Position numbers and translations under genes: made by a program. 63,975 nt of DNA from an uncultured Candidatus Rokubacteria bacterium (GTDB lineage Bacteria; Methylomirabilota; Methylomirabilia; Rokubacteriales; CSP1-6), in the NCBI GenBank assembly GCA_963789955.1, contig CAWBMV010000010.1, forward strand, positions 1-63,975. Reading direction: 5' to 3'. This document shows positions 42,711 through 55,044 of this stretch, piece by piece. The notes below the pieces were generated by a model. It made no database searches and was not told the origin of the DNA. It saw nothing but the letters and a program-made list of their open reading frames with translations. How positions within the stretch are numbered: position 1 is the first letter of the stretch; every line of letters begins with the position of its first letter.

Positions 42711-43136
42711 ATGAGACGCCGTGACGAGCCGGGAACGCGGATGCGCTGGATGTGGATGGGGGGTGCTGGATTCACGAGCGCTGTGATCGGTGTCCTGCTC
42801 GCGACCGGGACCGTCTTCGCGCAGACGTTGCCGATCGAGACGTCGCCGGGACCGGCCAGGCCGCTGATTCGTCTCGAGCCGCACAGGCTTCCCGACATCC
42901 CGGCGCGCCTGCCCGAAGCCGCCTTGTATCCACGCGACGTGGGGGTTCGCCTCAATCCGGCGTTCATCGAGCCGCTGGTCTCGCAATACGAGTCGAAGAC
43001 CGCCGGAGTCGTACGCCTCGGACTCGCCGGCTGGACGGCGCCGAACGTACCGGTCGTCGGTGCGCAGAGCGGCGCCGGCGAGGTCAACGGCTGGCTTTCG
43101 CTCGGCTTCTCTTTGACGTGGCGTGATCGGCGCTAA
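42711..43136 (+). CDS. Hypothetical exported protein
   Basis: GGAGG RBS, signal-like segment ending VFA-Q, C-terminal beta-strand LGFSLTW. Confidence 0.55.
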   Translation: MRRRDEPGTRMRWMWMGGAGFTSAVIGVLLATGTVFAQTLPIETSPGPARPLIRLEPHRLPDIPARLPEAALYPRDVGVRLNPAFIEPLVSQYESKTAGVVRLGLAGWTAPNVPVVGAQSGAGEVNGWLSLGFSLTWRDRR

Positions 43137-43151
43137 CGCGCGTTTGAGGAC

Positions 43152-44405
43152 TCAGTTGCGCTCGTTCGACACCGCCGGAAACGCCAGGGCGAACGTGGTT
43201 CCGCGTCCCGGCATGGACTGCACGTCGACGGTGCCACGGTGATCCTGGATGATGCCGTAGCTCACCGACAGGCCGAGCCCGGTGCCCGATCGCTTGGTCG
43301 TGTAGAAGGGGTCGAAGACTTTGGAAAGCTCCTCGGCGGAGATCCCGGGGCCCGTGTCGGCGATGACCATCCGCACCCAGCCGGCGCGCTCCGGGGCCGC
43401 ACCCGTCTCGATGCGGATCTCGCCGCCGCTTCCCATCGCCTCGCGCGCGTTGGTAACCAGGTTCAGCAGCACTTGCTGCAAGGTGCTCGCATCGCCCATG
43501 ATCGGCGGGAGCGCGGGCTCCAGGCTGGTAAGGAGCCTGATGTTATCGATCTCGAGAGGCTTCTGCATCAGCGCGAGCGTCTCCTGGACGACCGCGTTCA
43601 GATCGACCGGCGCGTGCTCGCGAGGCGCCTGACGCGCGAAGGATCGAAGGTTGGTGGCGATTCGCGCGACCCGCTGCGTCGCTCGATGAAGAACCCTGAG
43701 ATCCTCGAGTACCTGCGTGGGCACGTTGAGCTCTTCGGCGTCGAGCAGCATGACCTCGATCCGGGATGTGATGATCCCGAGGGGGTTGTTCATCTCGTGG
43801 GCGATGCCGGCGGACAGCGTGCCGAGCGCCGCGAGCTTTTCCGTCTGATAGAGCGTTTCCCGCTGTTGGCGCAGCTCGGCTTCGACGCGCTTGCGCTCGG
43901 TGATGTCCGTGATGAGGGCCATCGCGGTCATCCCCTCGGGGGCCTGCACGTAGCTGAGGCTGATCTCGACGGGGAACTCCGCGCCGTCCTTCCGGCGTCC
44001 GGCCAGGGCGAGCCCGCTGCCCATGGGCCGGACGCGCGGCCCGGCGAAGTAGCCGGCTCGATGCTCGCGATGCCCCGCGCGAATGCGGTCGGGCAGCAGG
44101 ATCTCGAGCGTCTGGCCCAGGAGCTCGTCGTGGTCATAGCCGAACATGCGCTCGGCGGCCGCGTTGACGAGGATGATCCGCCCGCTCGCGTTGATCAGCA
44201 GAATGCCCTCGGAGGCCGACTCGAGGACGGCCTGAGCCGTGGCTTCGCTCGTTCGCAGCGCCGCGTCAGAGACCAGCACCTCCTTCAGGAGTCGCTGCTC
44301 GGTCCGTCCTTGCTCGATGGCAGCGGTTTCGAGCGCCGCCACCTGCCGGCGCAACGTACTCATTTCCGCCAGGAGCTCTTCACGGGTTTTCCCGGCGTCG
44401 CTCAT
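43152..44405 (-). CDS. Cytoplasmic PAS-domain sensor histidine kinase (FixL/DosP-like PAS)
   Basis: NAAAERMFGY, LPDRIRAGH, GRRKDGAEFPVEISLS; AHEMNNPL H-box; N, G1, F and G2 boxes. Confidence 0.92.
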   Translation of the reverse strand: MSDAGKTREELLAEMSTLRRQVAALETAAIEQGRTEQRLLKEVLVSDAALRTSEATAQAVLESASEGILLINASGRIILVNAAAERMFGYDHDELLGQTLEILLPDRIRAGHREHRAGYFAGPRVRPMGSGLALAGRRKDGAEFPVEISLSYVQAPEGMTAMALITDITERKRVEAELRQQRETLYQTEKLAALGTLSAGIAHEMNNPLGIITSRIEVMLLDAEELNVPTQVLEDLRVLHRATQRVARIATNLRSFARQAPREHAPVDLNAVVQETLALMQKPLEIDNIRLLTSLEPALPPIMGDASTLQQVLLNLVTNAREAMGSGGEIRIETGAAPERAGWVRMVIADTGPGISAEELSKVFDPFYTTKRSGTGLGLSVSYGIIQDHRGTVDVQSMPGRGTTFALAFPAVSNERN

Positions 44406-44704
44406 GTCGAGGTCATCCCAGGGGAAGCATAATGGCGAGCATAATATTGTCAAGACACCAGCGCAGTGATACAGACACTCAGGAGGTGCGCCAATGAGCC
44501 GATCACGTGAGTCGAAGAAGATGTCCTCGCAGGCCCAGCGCCAATCGAAGGTTCCACGGCGGGTGGAGCCCCGGATGGCCCCCCCGAAGTATGCGGAGCG
44601 GCATCACGCCAAACCCGGAGCCGGCATCAAGCGGTCGCGCGCGAGCATGGCGCCCAAGCCGCGCTGACCAGATCGGGCGTCAGGAACTGCCTCCTGTAGG
44701 CGCG

Positions 44705-46351
44705 ATGCGATCGGATCTCCTGCGCGTGATTGCCGACCGGCTCGCCGGTCGAATCGGCGGAGCCTCGACGCTGGCGCTCCCGCTGCTGCGCGCTCTCGCA
44801 ATGATCGCGCTCGTGGTGTGGCTCGGGCTCGCGCCGGATGAATACCGACAAGCGAACGCGCTCGTCCTCACCGTTGTCGGCTTTCTGCTGTACAGCCTCG
44901 CCGTCGAGGCCGCGCTCTGGTGGCGACCGTCGGCCACCCTTCGGCTCAACTTCTACGTGCTCTTGATCGACCAGCTGTTCGCGCTCACGCTCATCTATCT
45001 CACGGGCGGTGCGCGAAACTCCTTCTATCTGGCGCTCCCGTTGATCGCGGGGCTCCAGGCGTACTACTATGGTCTTCGCCGGGGCGTCGCGGTTGCCCTC
45101 GTCTCGGCGGCGGTCTACGTCGTCCTCGTCTGGCCGACGATCGAAACGGTCGACGTGGCCAACCTCTCCACCCGGATCATCGTGCTGCTGGGTGCGGCGA
45201 TCAGCGTCGGGCTCGTGGCGAGCGCCCAGGAGCGTGAGCGCCGGCGTGTGGCGGCGCTCACGAGCGCCGCGGGGGAGCGGGACCGGTACATCCGGAACGT
45301 GATGGAGAGCCTGCGCGAAGGCCTCATCGGGCTCGATCGCGAGGGCCGCATCACGGCCTGGAGCCCCGCGATGGAACGATGGTGTGGAGTCTCGGAGCGC
45401 GACCTGGCCGGCCGGACCCTGTTCGACGTGAACCCGAACCTCAAGCGCGAGACCCTCGCCGAGCCGCTGCAGCGACTGTTGCGCGGCGAGATCGACGGCT
45501 TCAAGCTGGACGCCGTCGAGCACGAAACACTTCGTGGAGACCACGTCGCGTGGAACGTGAGCGCCAGCCTCCTTCGCCAGGCCGGTCTGCCGGCGGGCGC
45601 CGTGCTGCTGATCGAGGACATCACCGAGCGCCGCGGCCTGGAGCGGGCGGCCAAGCAATCGGAGAAGCTCGCCGCCCTCGGTACGCTCGCCGCCGGTCTG
45701 GCGCACGAGCTGAACAATCCGATCGGAATCATCTCGACGCGCGCCGAGCTCATGCTGCTCGATGCGGAGTCCAAGAGCTTGCCGGATGACCTGGCCGAAG
45801 ACCTGCGGGTCATCCACCGGCACTCGCAGCGCGTGGCACGGATCATCCAGGGCCTCTTGTCGTTTGCTCGTTCGCCGTCCGGCCAGGCCGGACGCGTCGA
45901 CTTGAATCGTGTCGTCGACGAGACGCTCTTGCTCGTCGAGAAGACGATCGTCAAGGACGGCGTCCGGGTCCGGCGCGCTCTGACGCCGCGACTTGCCGAT
46001 GATCTGGGGCGACGCCAGCGCCCTGCAGCAGGTCGTGGTGAACCTCCTCACCAACGCGCGCGATGCCGTGCGGACCGGCGGCGAGATCTTCATCGAGACT
46101 CGTGCCGCAGCCGAGCCGCCCGGCAGCGTGCAGCTGGTCGTCCGCGATACGGGATCGGGGATTCCGCCCGAGGTCCTGGCCAAGATCTTTGACCCGTTCT
46201 TCACGACCAAGGCCGAAGGGACCGGGCTCGGGTTGTCGATCACCTACGGTATCGTGCGCGATCATCGAGGCACGGTCGACGTGCGATCAGCGCCGGGCGA
46301 GGGTACGACGTTCGTCCTGACCTTCCGCGGTGCTCGGCCAGGAGATCTGGC

Positions 46352-46355
<4 letters not shown>
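44705..46355 (+). CDS. Membrane-bound PAS sensor histidine kinase; frameshift ~45990
   Basis: N-terminal TM bundle, PAS, AHELNNPI, NLLTNARDA, DTGSG, GTGLGLS. Confidence 0.9.
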
Positions 46356-47755
<1,400 letters not shown>

Positions 47756-47764
47756 CCCGGTTCG

Positions 47765-47802
47765 CGGGGCAGCGATGTCCCACCCGAGGCTCGAGGTCCC
47801 CA
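47765..47802. promoter_or_regulatory. Tandem putative enhancer sites
   Basis: CGGGGC-N6-GTCCCA and CGAGGC-N6-TCCCCA, 20-bp period. Confidence 0.6.
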
Positions 47803-47856
47803 CGCCCTTCTTCGCCGAATGTGAGTTAACAGGCGAATTTCGCTCGCATCGCTCGA

Positions 47857-47872
47857 TGGCATCCGCGTTGCT
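47857..47872 (+). promoter_or_regulatory. sigma-54 promoter
   Basis: TGGCATCCGCGTTGCT. Confidence 0.78.
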
Positions 47873-47920
47873 CCTTGAGAGTGCGCTTGCAGCCAACGAC
47901 CGATCGCGACGGAGGGCACA

Positions 47921-48404
47921 TTGAAGCTCGACAAGATCATGGTTCCGCTGGACGGATCGATGCTTGCGGAGGCGGCGTTGTCGACGGCGTGTGATTTCGC
48001 GGCGAGAGATGGGGCGACGATCAGCCTGCTACGGGCGGCCGAAGCCTATCCCCGGCTGGGCGCCGATGCGGTCGAGGCCCAGGTGACCGCGGTCAGGGAG
48101 GCCGAGGAATATCTTGCGGCCGTCATCAGGCGGCTCGCGGACAAAGGGATCAAGCGTGTCGAGCCGCACGTGTGGTACGGTCCCGCCGCCGCGGCGATCG
48201 TCGAGGCGGCGTCGGCCCAGAAGGCCGACTCTGATCGTGATGTGCACGCACGGCCGCAGCGGTCTCGGGCGCCTCGTGCTCGGGAGCGTGGCCGAGTCGG
48301 TGCTGCGTGGGACCACGACGCCGATCCTGATCGTCCGGGCCGACGGCGCTCCGCTCGATGTTCCGCGCGGAGATGCTCGGGCGGCGGGAGCGGCCCGTGT
48401 ATAG
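47921..48404 (+). CDS. Universal stress protein; frameshift ~48230
   Basis: [19 protein letters not shown]; paralog of 41566. Confidence 0.88.
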
Positions 48405-48873
48405 GCGCGCGCTCGTTCCGCTCGATGGGTCGATGATCGCCGAGGCGATCGTTCCGTTCATCCTGGAAATCGCCGGGCCGCTGGACATGGAAGTGGCGCT
48501 GCTCCGAGTCGTGGTGCCGTCGCCGCCGATGGTGATCGAGGGATCGACTCACGCCGTCGTCGACGACATGCCAAAGCTGCGCGCCGACGCCCAGGCGTAC
48601 CTGGCCTCCATCGCCTCGGCGCTTGGCGCCCGTGGCGTGCGCGTCACCACGCACGTGCGTAGCGGCGAGACGGTCGGCGAGATTCTGGCGGGTGCACGCG
48701 AGTCCGAGGCGGACCTGATCGCCATGACCACGCACGGACGAGGCGGTCTCGGCCGCTTGCTCTTCGGCTCGATCGCCGAGGCCGTGCTGCGCCAGGCCGA
48801 GATTCCAGTCTTCCTGATGCGTCAAACGAAGGCCCAGGTCGCCGCGCGAGCGGCGTGGGAGGTCGTCCGATGA
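48397..48873 (+). CDS. Universal stress protein
   Basis: [19 protein letters not shown]; paralog of 42035. Confidence 0.9.
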   Translation: MYRRALVPLDGSMIAEAIVPFILEIAGPLDMEVALLRVVVPSPPMVIEGSTHAVVDDMPKLRADAQAYLASIASALGARGVRVTTHVRSGETVGEILAGARESEADLIAMTTHGRGGLGRLLFGSIAEAVLRQAEIPVFLMRQTKAQVAARAAWEVVR

Positions 48874-49314
48874 GCCGTCGCATCCTGCACCCGTCCGACT
48901 TCTCCAGTGCGTCGGGCGCGGCGTTCAAGAAGGCCGTCGAGATGGCGAAGGCCAGCCGCGGCGAGCTGATGCTCGTCCACGTCGTCAGTCCTGTCGTGCC
49001 CGTCGCGGGCGAGGGCTATATCTCTCCGAAGACGTACGAGGACATCGCAGCGTCGAGCCGGGCGTGGGCGCAGAAGCAGCTCGGCAAACTGCTCGCGAAG
49101 GCCAAGACGGCCGGTGTGCGCGCGAAGGGCTCCGTGCTCGAGGGCGGCTCGGCGCACGAGCAGATCGTCCGCTTCGCCCGTTCCAAGCGCGCCGACCTGA
49201 TCGTCATGGGCACGCACGGGCGCTCCGGGCTCGCGAAGCTGTTCCTGGGGAGTGTGGCCGGGACGAGTGGTCGCTGCCGCCTCGTGTCCCGTCTTGACGG
49301 TGCGGGGCAAGTAG
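48870..49314 (+). CDS. Universal stress protein; frameshift near 3' end
   Basis: ILHPSDFS, DLIVMGTHGRSG, CPVLTVR in shifted frame. Confidence 0.88.
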
Positions 49315-49353
49315 GCCGGCGGCAAGGATAGAGAGAGCGAGAGGAGCAGAGCG

Positions 49354-49695
49354 ATGACTATGAAGCTCTCGACGTCGATCTTCGCGCTGATTCTCGTACT
49401 GGGTGTCGTCTTGGCCCCGGCGATCGCGCAAAAGGCGAAGGACGGCGCCGCGCCCGGGTCCGCCGACGATCAGATGACCCGCATGATGACGATGATGGGG
49501 CAGATGCAGGAGCAGATGAAGCGCATGCACGACGACATGGCAGGCATGAAGGGCATGGGGCCGATGCAGGGCCGCATGGATCACATGACGGGCATGATGG
49601 GTCAGCTGAACGGCATGATGCACGAGCACCACGCCCAGATGCAGAAGGGATGTCCCGGCATGCCGTCGGCCGATCGGCCCAAGCCGGGCGGATAG
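49354..49695 (+). CDS. Exported methionine-rich small protein
   Basis: Signal peptide AIA-Q; 20 Met in about 65 residues, HEHH and one Cys. Confidence 0.75.
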   Translation: MTMKLSTSIFALILVLGVVLAPAIAQKAKDGAAPGSADDQMTRMMTMMGQMQEQMKRMHDDMAGMKGMGPMQGRMDHMTGMMGQLNGMMHEHHAQMQKGCPGMPSADRPKPGG

Positions 49696-49706
49696 GGGAG
49701 ACCACC

Positions 49707-50111
49707 ATGAACGTGAGCGAGCTCATGACGGAGCCGCCGATCAGCGTCCGGCCCGATATGCCGGTGTTCGAGGCGCGCCAGCTCATGGTCGACAAGCGCA
49801 TCCGGCATCTGCTCGTGACCGAGGGATCGAGGCTCCTCGGCATCGTGACCGATCGCGACATCCGCCTGAATCTTCCGTCGCCGGCCACGAGCCTTTCGGT
49901 GTGGGAGATCAACTATCTGCTTGCCCGCATGACCGTCGGCTCCGTGATGACGAAGACCGTCGTCACCGTCGAGTCGCGGCGGGATTCGCGCGACGCAGCG
50001 CAGTTGATGCTTCGCCACAAGATCGGCGCGCTGCCGGTCGTCGACGGCGGTACGTTGATCGGCATCATCACGGAGACCGACCTGCTCCGCGCGTTCGTGA
50101 ACGCCTCATAG
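49707..50111 (+). CDS. CBS domain protein
   Basis: IRHLLV..GIVTDRDIR, SPATSLS, IGALPVVD..GIITETD. Confidence 0.9.
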   Translation: MNVSELMTEPPISVRPDMPVFEARQLMVDKRIRHLLVTEGSRLLGIVTDRDIRLNLPSPATSLSVWEINYLLARMTVGSVMTKTVVTVESRRDSRDAAQLMLRHKIGALPVVDGGTLIGIITETDLLRAFVNAS

Positions 50112-50122
50112 CGCGCTCGAAA

Positions 50123-50497
50123 ATGGATCCCATCCTCATCGTCGACGACGAGGCTGACCTCGTCTCGACGTACGAGAGGTTGTTGCGGCGCAGGGGCTAT
50201 CGATTGGTGTCGGCCGGCTCGTGCCGCGAAGGGCTCCTGGCAGTCGAGCGGGAACCCCTGGCGCTGGTGGTCACCGATCTGCGGCTGCCGGACGGGGACG
50301 GCCTCGACATAGTCCGGGCGGCCCGGCGGACCACTCCGAATCCGACGCCTTCGCTCGTCGTCACCGGGTTCGCCTCGGAGGCAAGCCGCACCGCGGCCCT
50401 TGCGGCGGGCGCGTCCGGGTATCTCGCGAAGCCGTTCGGCGCACCAGCGCTCATCGCGCTGGTCGAGGGCACGCTGAGCGCTCGCCCGGGCGGCTGA
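50123..50497 (+). CDS. Stand-alone response regulator receiver protein
   Basis: ILIVDDE, TDLRLP, VTG, YLAKPF. Confidence 0.88.
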   Translation: MDPILIVDDEADLVSTYERLLRRRGYRLVSAGSCREGLLAVEREPLALVVTDLRLPDGDGLDIVRAARRTTPNPTPSLVVTGFASEASRTAALAAGASGYLAKPFGAPALIALVEGTLSARPGG

Positions 50498-50519
50498 TCG
50501 CCGCCCGCGCCGGTAACGA

Positions 50520-51699
50520 TTAGCGACCGACAGTCGCCAGCGTGTGTCGGGCGATCATCAGCTCCTCGTCCGTCGGAATCACCCACGCCGAGACGCGACC
50601 AGCGGGCGTGCTGATGCGCGGGCCCCCGCGGTCGTTCGCGGCCTCGTCAAGGCTGACGCCGAGCCACGCGGCGTCCCGGCAGATGCGGGCGCGGATCGGC
50701 GCGGCATGCTCGCCGATCCCCGCGGTGAACACGAGCGCGTCGAGCCCACCGAGCGCGGCCGCGAGCGAGCCGAGCTCGCGGCCGACCCGGTAGACGAACA
50801 CATCCAGCGCGCGGGCGGCGCGCGGCGAATCGCTCGCCAGGAGCTCCCGCACGTCCGCGCTGAGGCCCGACATGCCCGAGCAGCCCAGATTGCTTGTAGA
50901 GCAGCTCGGTCACGGCGGCGAGGGACATCCCGCGCTCGCTCATGAGATGCAAGATCACGCCCGGGTCGATCGCGCCGGTGCGCGTGCCCATCGGGAGGCC
51001 CTCGAGCGCGGTGAAGCCCATCGTGGTGGCGACACTGCGGCGCCCGCGCATCGCACACATCGAGGCGCCGGCGCCCAGATGGGCGACGACGACGCGGCCG
51101 TCGGCGCCCTCGCCCAGATGATCTCCGAGCACACTCGCGACGTATTCGTACGACAGCCCGTGGAAGCCGTAGCGCTTGATGCCGGTCTCGCTCAGCGCGT
51201 GGGGCAGAGCGTAGGTCTGCGCGACGGCGGACTGCGTCGTATGGAAGGCGGTGTCGAAGCACGCGACCTGGCGCAGCCCGGGCTTGAGCTTGGCGAGCGA
51301 CCGGATCGGGGCCAGGTTGTGCGGCTGGTGCAGGGGAGCCAGCGGGTTGAGCGCCTCGAGCTCGCCGAGAACGTCGGGCGTGAGAACGACGGGCGCCGTG
51401 TAGCGAACGCCGCCATGCACAACCCGGTGACCGGCGGCGGCGATCTCCGTTCCGGACGTCCGAGCCTCGATCCAGTCGAGGATCGTGCGGAGCGCGTCGT
51501 CATGATTCGCGCCCGTCAGAGCTTCGGCCCCGAGCTCCTCGCCGTTCGCCCCGCGGGCGGCGAAGCGCGGGCGCGCGCCCAGACCGTCGACCTCGCCGCG
51601 ATAGCGTAACGCCAGCGGAGCGGACCCGCTCTCGACCGCGTAGACCGAAAACTTGATCGACGAAGAGCCGGCATTGATGACGAGCAGGACCCGAGTCAA
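50520..51699 (-). CDS. ackA: Acetate/propionate kinase; frameshift ~50875
   Basis: [46 protein letters not shown]. Confidence 0.92.
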
Positions 51700-53033
51700 T
51701 ACGTCGGCCCTCGCCGAGCGAACACGAGGGCGACGGCGCACGAGACCATGCGCGTGGCGGGACTGTCGGCGCGGCTGGTGAGCACGATGGGCACGCGCGC
51801 GCCGAGGACGATGCCGGCGGCCTGCGCCTCGCCGAGATATTCGAGCTGCTTGGCGAGCATGTTGCCCGACTCAAGATCGGGCACGACGAGAATGTCGGCT
51901 CGCCCCGCGACCGCCGACTCGATGCCCTTGAGCTTGGCCGCTTCCTCGGAGATCGCGTTGTCGAACGCCAGCGGCCCGTCCAGGAGGCCGCCGGTGATCA
52001 TCTTTCGATCGGCCATCTTGCAGAGCGCGGCGGCGTCGATCGTCGACATGATCTCGGGCGTGGGTGTCTCGACCGCGGAGAGGATCGCGACCTTCGGGAC
52101 GGCGACGCCGAGGACCTGGGCGAGGTCGATGGCGTTCTGCACGATGTCTCGCTTGGTCAGAAGGTCGGGGGCGATGTTGATCGCGGCGTCGGTGATGAAC
52201 AGCGGCCTCGGACACGTCGACACGTCCATCACGAACACATGGGTGATGCGCCGTGCGGTTCGCAGTCCGGTCTCCTTGGCGACGACCTCGTGCATCAGCT
52301 CGTCCGTGTGGAGACTGCCCTTCATCAACGCTTCCACCTCGCCGGCTCGCGCCAGCGCGACCGCGCGCTCGGCAGCCTCGTGACTGTGGCGCGTGGGGAC
52401 TAGCCGATAAGGTTCGAGATCGACGGCCTCCGCCGCCGCGACCGCTCGAATCTTCGGTTCGGGGCCAACGAGCACGGGGACGATGAACCCGGCGCGCGCC
52501 GCCTCGATCGCGCCGAGGAGTGAGTTCCGGTCGACCGGATGAACGACCGCGGTTCGGAGCGGTACCAGGCCCCGGGTCAGCGAGAGCAGGTGGCGGTGTC
52601 GCGCTTCGCCCACCGAGGCCATGCGAAGCCCGCCGCCGCGCGGCCGTCGCACCTTTGTGGAACCAGCGAGCATCTCCGCGCTCCCGTCCACGACGACCTC
52701 ACCGGCCTGATTCACACAGCGACAGTCGAAGCTCACCCGGCGGGTCGCGGGATCCTTCGCGGTCGCGGTGACCGACGCGGTGACCGTGTCGCCGAGCGCG
52801 ATCGGCAGCCGGAATTGAAGATGCTGCGACAGAGAGATCGCGCCGGGGCCGGGGAGCTTGGTCGCGAGCACGGTCGAAATCAGGGTCGCGCCCCAGACCT
52901 CGACGTGAGCCGGATCGACGTCGCCCGAGACGGCCGCAACGAGCTGAAGATCCTCGGCCGTGAGCGTACGGGTGAGGCTCGCGCCCTCGCCCACCCGGAT
53001 CTCGTCGAATGTCCGGTTCTCGATCTCGTCCAT
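51696..53033 (-). CDS. MaoC-like dehydratase-phosphate acetyl/butyryltransferase fusion
   Basis: SGDVDPAH, LPGPG hot-dog domain; MKGSLHTD, TDAAINI, DGPLAFDNA, SGNMLAK, LTSRAD. Confidence 0.88.
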   Translation of the reverse strand: MDEIENRTFDEIRVGEGASLTRTLTAEDLQLVAAVSGDVDPAHVEVWGATLISTVLATKLPGPGAISLSQHLQFRLPIALGDTVTASVTATAKDPATRRVSFDCRCVNQAGEVVVDGSAEMLAGSTKVRRPRGGGLRMASVGEARHRHLLSLTRGLVPLRTAVVHPVDRNSLLGAIEAARAGFIVPVLVGPEPKIRAVAAAEAVDLEPYRLVPTRHSHEAAERAVALARAGEVEALMKGSLHTDELMHEVVAKETGLRTARRITHVFVMDVSTCPRPLFITDAAINIAPDLLTKRDIVQNAIDLAQVLGVAVPKVAILSAVETPTPEIMSTIDAAALCKMADRKMITGGLLDGPLAFDNAISEEAAKLKGIESAVAGRADILVVPDLESGNMLAKQLEYLGEAQAAGIVLGARVPIVLTSRADSPATRMVSCAVALVFARRGPTY

Positions 53034-53050
53034 CGATCTATAGATGATAG

Positions 53051-53066
53051 TGCAACGGCTATGCCT
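53051..53066 (-). promoter_or_regulatory. sigma-54 promoter
   Basis: AGGCATAGCCGTTGCA. Confidence 0.65.
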
Positions 53067-53141
53067 TCGATCAGGCTCGAGGGCAGTCCCTGCTGATTCA
53101 CGCGGTTGAGCGGCTCGGCGGTCCCGGGGTTTATCTGAGCA

Positions 53142-53180
53142 TGGGGCACCGCCGCCCGCGGGCGGGACGTCGATGCCTCA
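53142..53180. promoter_or_regulatory. Tandem putative enhancer sites between divergent promoters
   Basis: TGGGGC-N6-GCCCGC and CGGGAC-N6-GCCTCA. Confidence 0.55.
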
Positions 53181-53232
53181 CCCGTTGGTCCGCCGCTGCC
53201 CGCCAAGCCCGTGACTTCTCATCGCTCTCTTG

Positions 53233-53248
53233 TGGCAGCCACATTGCA
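53233..53248 (+). promoter_or_regulatory. sigma-54 promoter
   Basis: TGGCAGCCACATTGCA. Confidence 0.75.
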
Positions 53249-53308
53249 CCCACGTGGAGCATGGCCACACAGGACACGCGGCACTCAAGGAATCGGGGAG
53301 GACACGCG

Positions 53309-53683
53309 ATGCCACGAAAGAAAAGGCCGACGCCGACGCTGCCCAGTACCGACGCGCAGCCAGACAATCGCGAAGAGCTCGTCGGGCTCGGGCGCGACGT
53401 CGCCGCACACGCCGAGTCGGGCCCACGCCTGACCGGCGGCGACGTCGACGCCGACTGGCAGACGGCATACTCGTCCGGCGAGGAGTCGATCGGCGGTAGC
53501 GTCTCCACACCCGATCAGGACGTGGTCGACGAGATCGGCCGGGCGCTCGGTGTGGAGCAGGACGCCGATGCTCCGGTACGCGCCTCCGATGAGATCCTTC
53601 GTGCGCGCGACCGGCTGCGCTGGCACCTCGAGCGTGACGCCGCCGATGCCGAGGAGGGGCGGATCCGGAGGACAAAGAAATGA
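53309..53683 (+). CDS. DUF6335-like acidic protein
   Basis: LTGGDVDADW..GEESIGGS..TPDQDVVDEIGRALG. Confidence 0.7.
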   Translation: MPRKKRPTPTLPSTDAQPDNREELVGLGRDVAAHAESGPRLTGGDVDADWQTAYSSGEESIGGSVSTPDQDVVDEIGRALGVEQDADAPVRASDEILRARDRLRWHLERDAADAEEGRIRRTKK

Positions 53684-54129
53684 AGATCCTGCACCCGACC
53701 GATTTTTCCGAGTGCGCGGCGTACGCCCAGGCGACGGCGGTCGATCTCGCCGGGAAACTCGGCAGCGAAATCGTGTTGCTCCAGGTACTCGTCGAGACGG
53801 CGCTCTACGGCGAGACCGTCCTGAATATGCCGAAGGTGCAGAGTGTTTACGATGCCCAGCGCAAGTGGGCCGAAGAGACGCTGGAGGCACGAGTCGTCGA
53901 CCTTCGCCAGCGCGGAATCAAGGCGAGCTGGCGGGTGCAGGTCGGGGTGCCGGTCGCGGAGATCGTGAGAATTGCCGAGGAGGAGCGCATGGACATGATC
54001 GTAATGGGGACGCATGGCCGGACCGGGCTGAACCGCGCACTGCTGGGGTCGGTCGCCGAGCGGGTCATTCGCCTGGCGCCGTGCCCGGTGCTGACGGTGC
54101 GGCAGACGAAGTCCGAGGCCGTCCGATGA
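53680..54129 (+). CDS. Universal stress protein
   Basis: ILHPTDFS, MGTHGRTG, LGSVAE, CPVLTV. Confidence 0.92.
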   Translation: MKILHPTDFSECAAYAQATAVDLAGKLGSEIVLLQVLVETALYGETVLNMPKVQSVYDAQRKWAEETLEARVVDLRQRGIKASWRVQVGVPVAEIVRIAEEERMDMIVMGTHGRTGLNRALLGSVAERVIRLAPCPVLTVRQTKSEAVR

Positions 54130-54443
54130 GCCGCGCGGCGCTCACGCTCGCGCTGGCGATCGCCCTCGCGGCTCTCACGGCGCCGGCTCGCGCCCAGGAC
54201 ACCGCCGATCCGGGGAAGGGCTATTTCATGAGCAATGGCTGCTACGGGTGTCACACCGTCGGCAAGATGGGGACGCCAATCGGCCCCGACCTCTCCAAGG
54301 TCGGCGCGAAGTATTCGCGGCAGTACCTGGAGCGCTGGCTCCGAGATCCGTCCGCCCAGCGCCCCAACGCGCACATGCCGACGCTCGAGCTGAGCGAGCA
54401 ACAGGTGAAGGACTTGGCCACGTTCCTGTCGTCGCTTCGCTGA
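54126..54443 (+). CDS. Monoheme c-type cytochrome
   Basis: Signal peptide, CYGCH, GPDL, HMP distal Met. Confidence 0.88.
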   Translation: MSRAALTLALAIALAALTAPARAQDTADPGKGYFMSNGCYGCHTVGKMGTPIGPDLSKVGAKYSRQYLERWLRDPSAQRPNAHMPTLELSEQQVKDLATFLSSLR

Positions 54444-54447
54444 GGCG

Positions 54448-55044
54448 ATGGAGACGGCGATGATTTCTATTCCGTCGATCCGGCGCGACCTGACGAGTGA
54501 CCTCCTGGGCCGCCACATCTATCTGTTCGGCCCCGGATCCGTCACCTCCGAGATCCTCCGGCGCCTCGCGGAGGCGGGAGCGCAGGAGGGGACCGTCGTG
54601 CTGTCCGCCACCGAGGGAACGCGGGTCAGCGCGTCGGCGCTCTTCCGCCCGCATCTGGCCGTCGGCGCCGTACCTCTGTTCTCGGCCGTCGCGACCCTGG
54701 CGCTCGTCGACGCGATCGGGCACGACGATCTCGCGGTGACGCCGAAATGGCCGGATCAGGTGATCGTCGACGGCGTGCTTGCGGCACACAGCGTGGTGCA
54801 AACCGCGCCGGCCGGCGGGCGCACGAGCTACGTCATTCTCGGGGCTGATATCGACGTCCGGGCGCTGGAGGCCATGGCGTCCGGACCGATCGACTGGAAC
54901 ATCGTCATCGCGGCGTTCTTGAACGCCCTCGACAAGTGGGCCACGGCATATGCCGCACGGGGTCCGGCCGCCGTGCGGGGGGCTATCCGGTTCCTTCCAC
55001 GGGCGCCGGTCGCGAGAAATCTGGAGGCAAGAAATGCGGGTTAG
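54448..55044 (+). CDS. Degenerate BirA/BPL-like ligase paralog
   Basis: GAQEGTVV, KWPDQ, YVILGADI; lacks the Q-x-x-G-x-G-R loop, catalytic K and C-terminal domain. Confidence 0.6.
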   Translation: METAMISIPSIRRDLTSDLLGRHIYLFGPGSVTSEILRRLAEAGAQEGTVVLSATEGTRVSASALFRPHLAVGAVPLFSAVATLALVDAIGHDDLAVTPKWPDQVIVDGVLAAHSVVQTAPAGGRTSYVILGADIDVRALEAMASGPIDWNIVIAAFLNALDKWATAYAARGPAAVRGAIRFLPRAPVARNLEARNAG

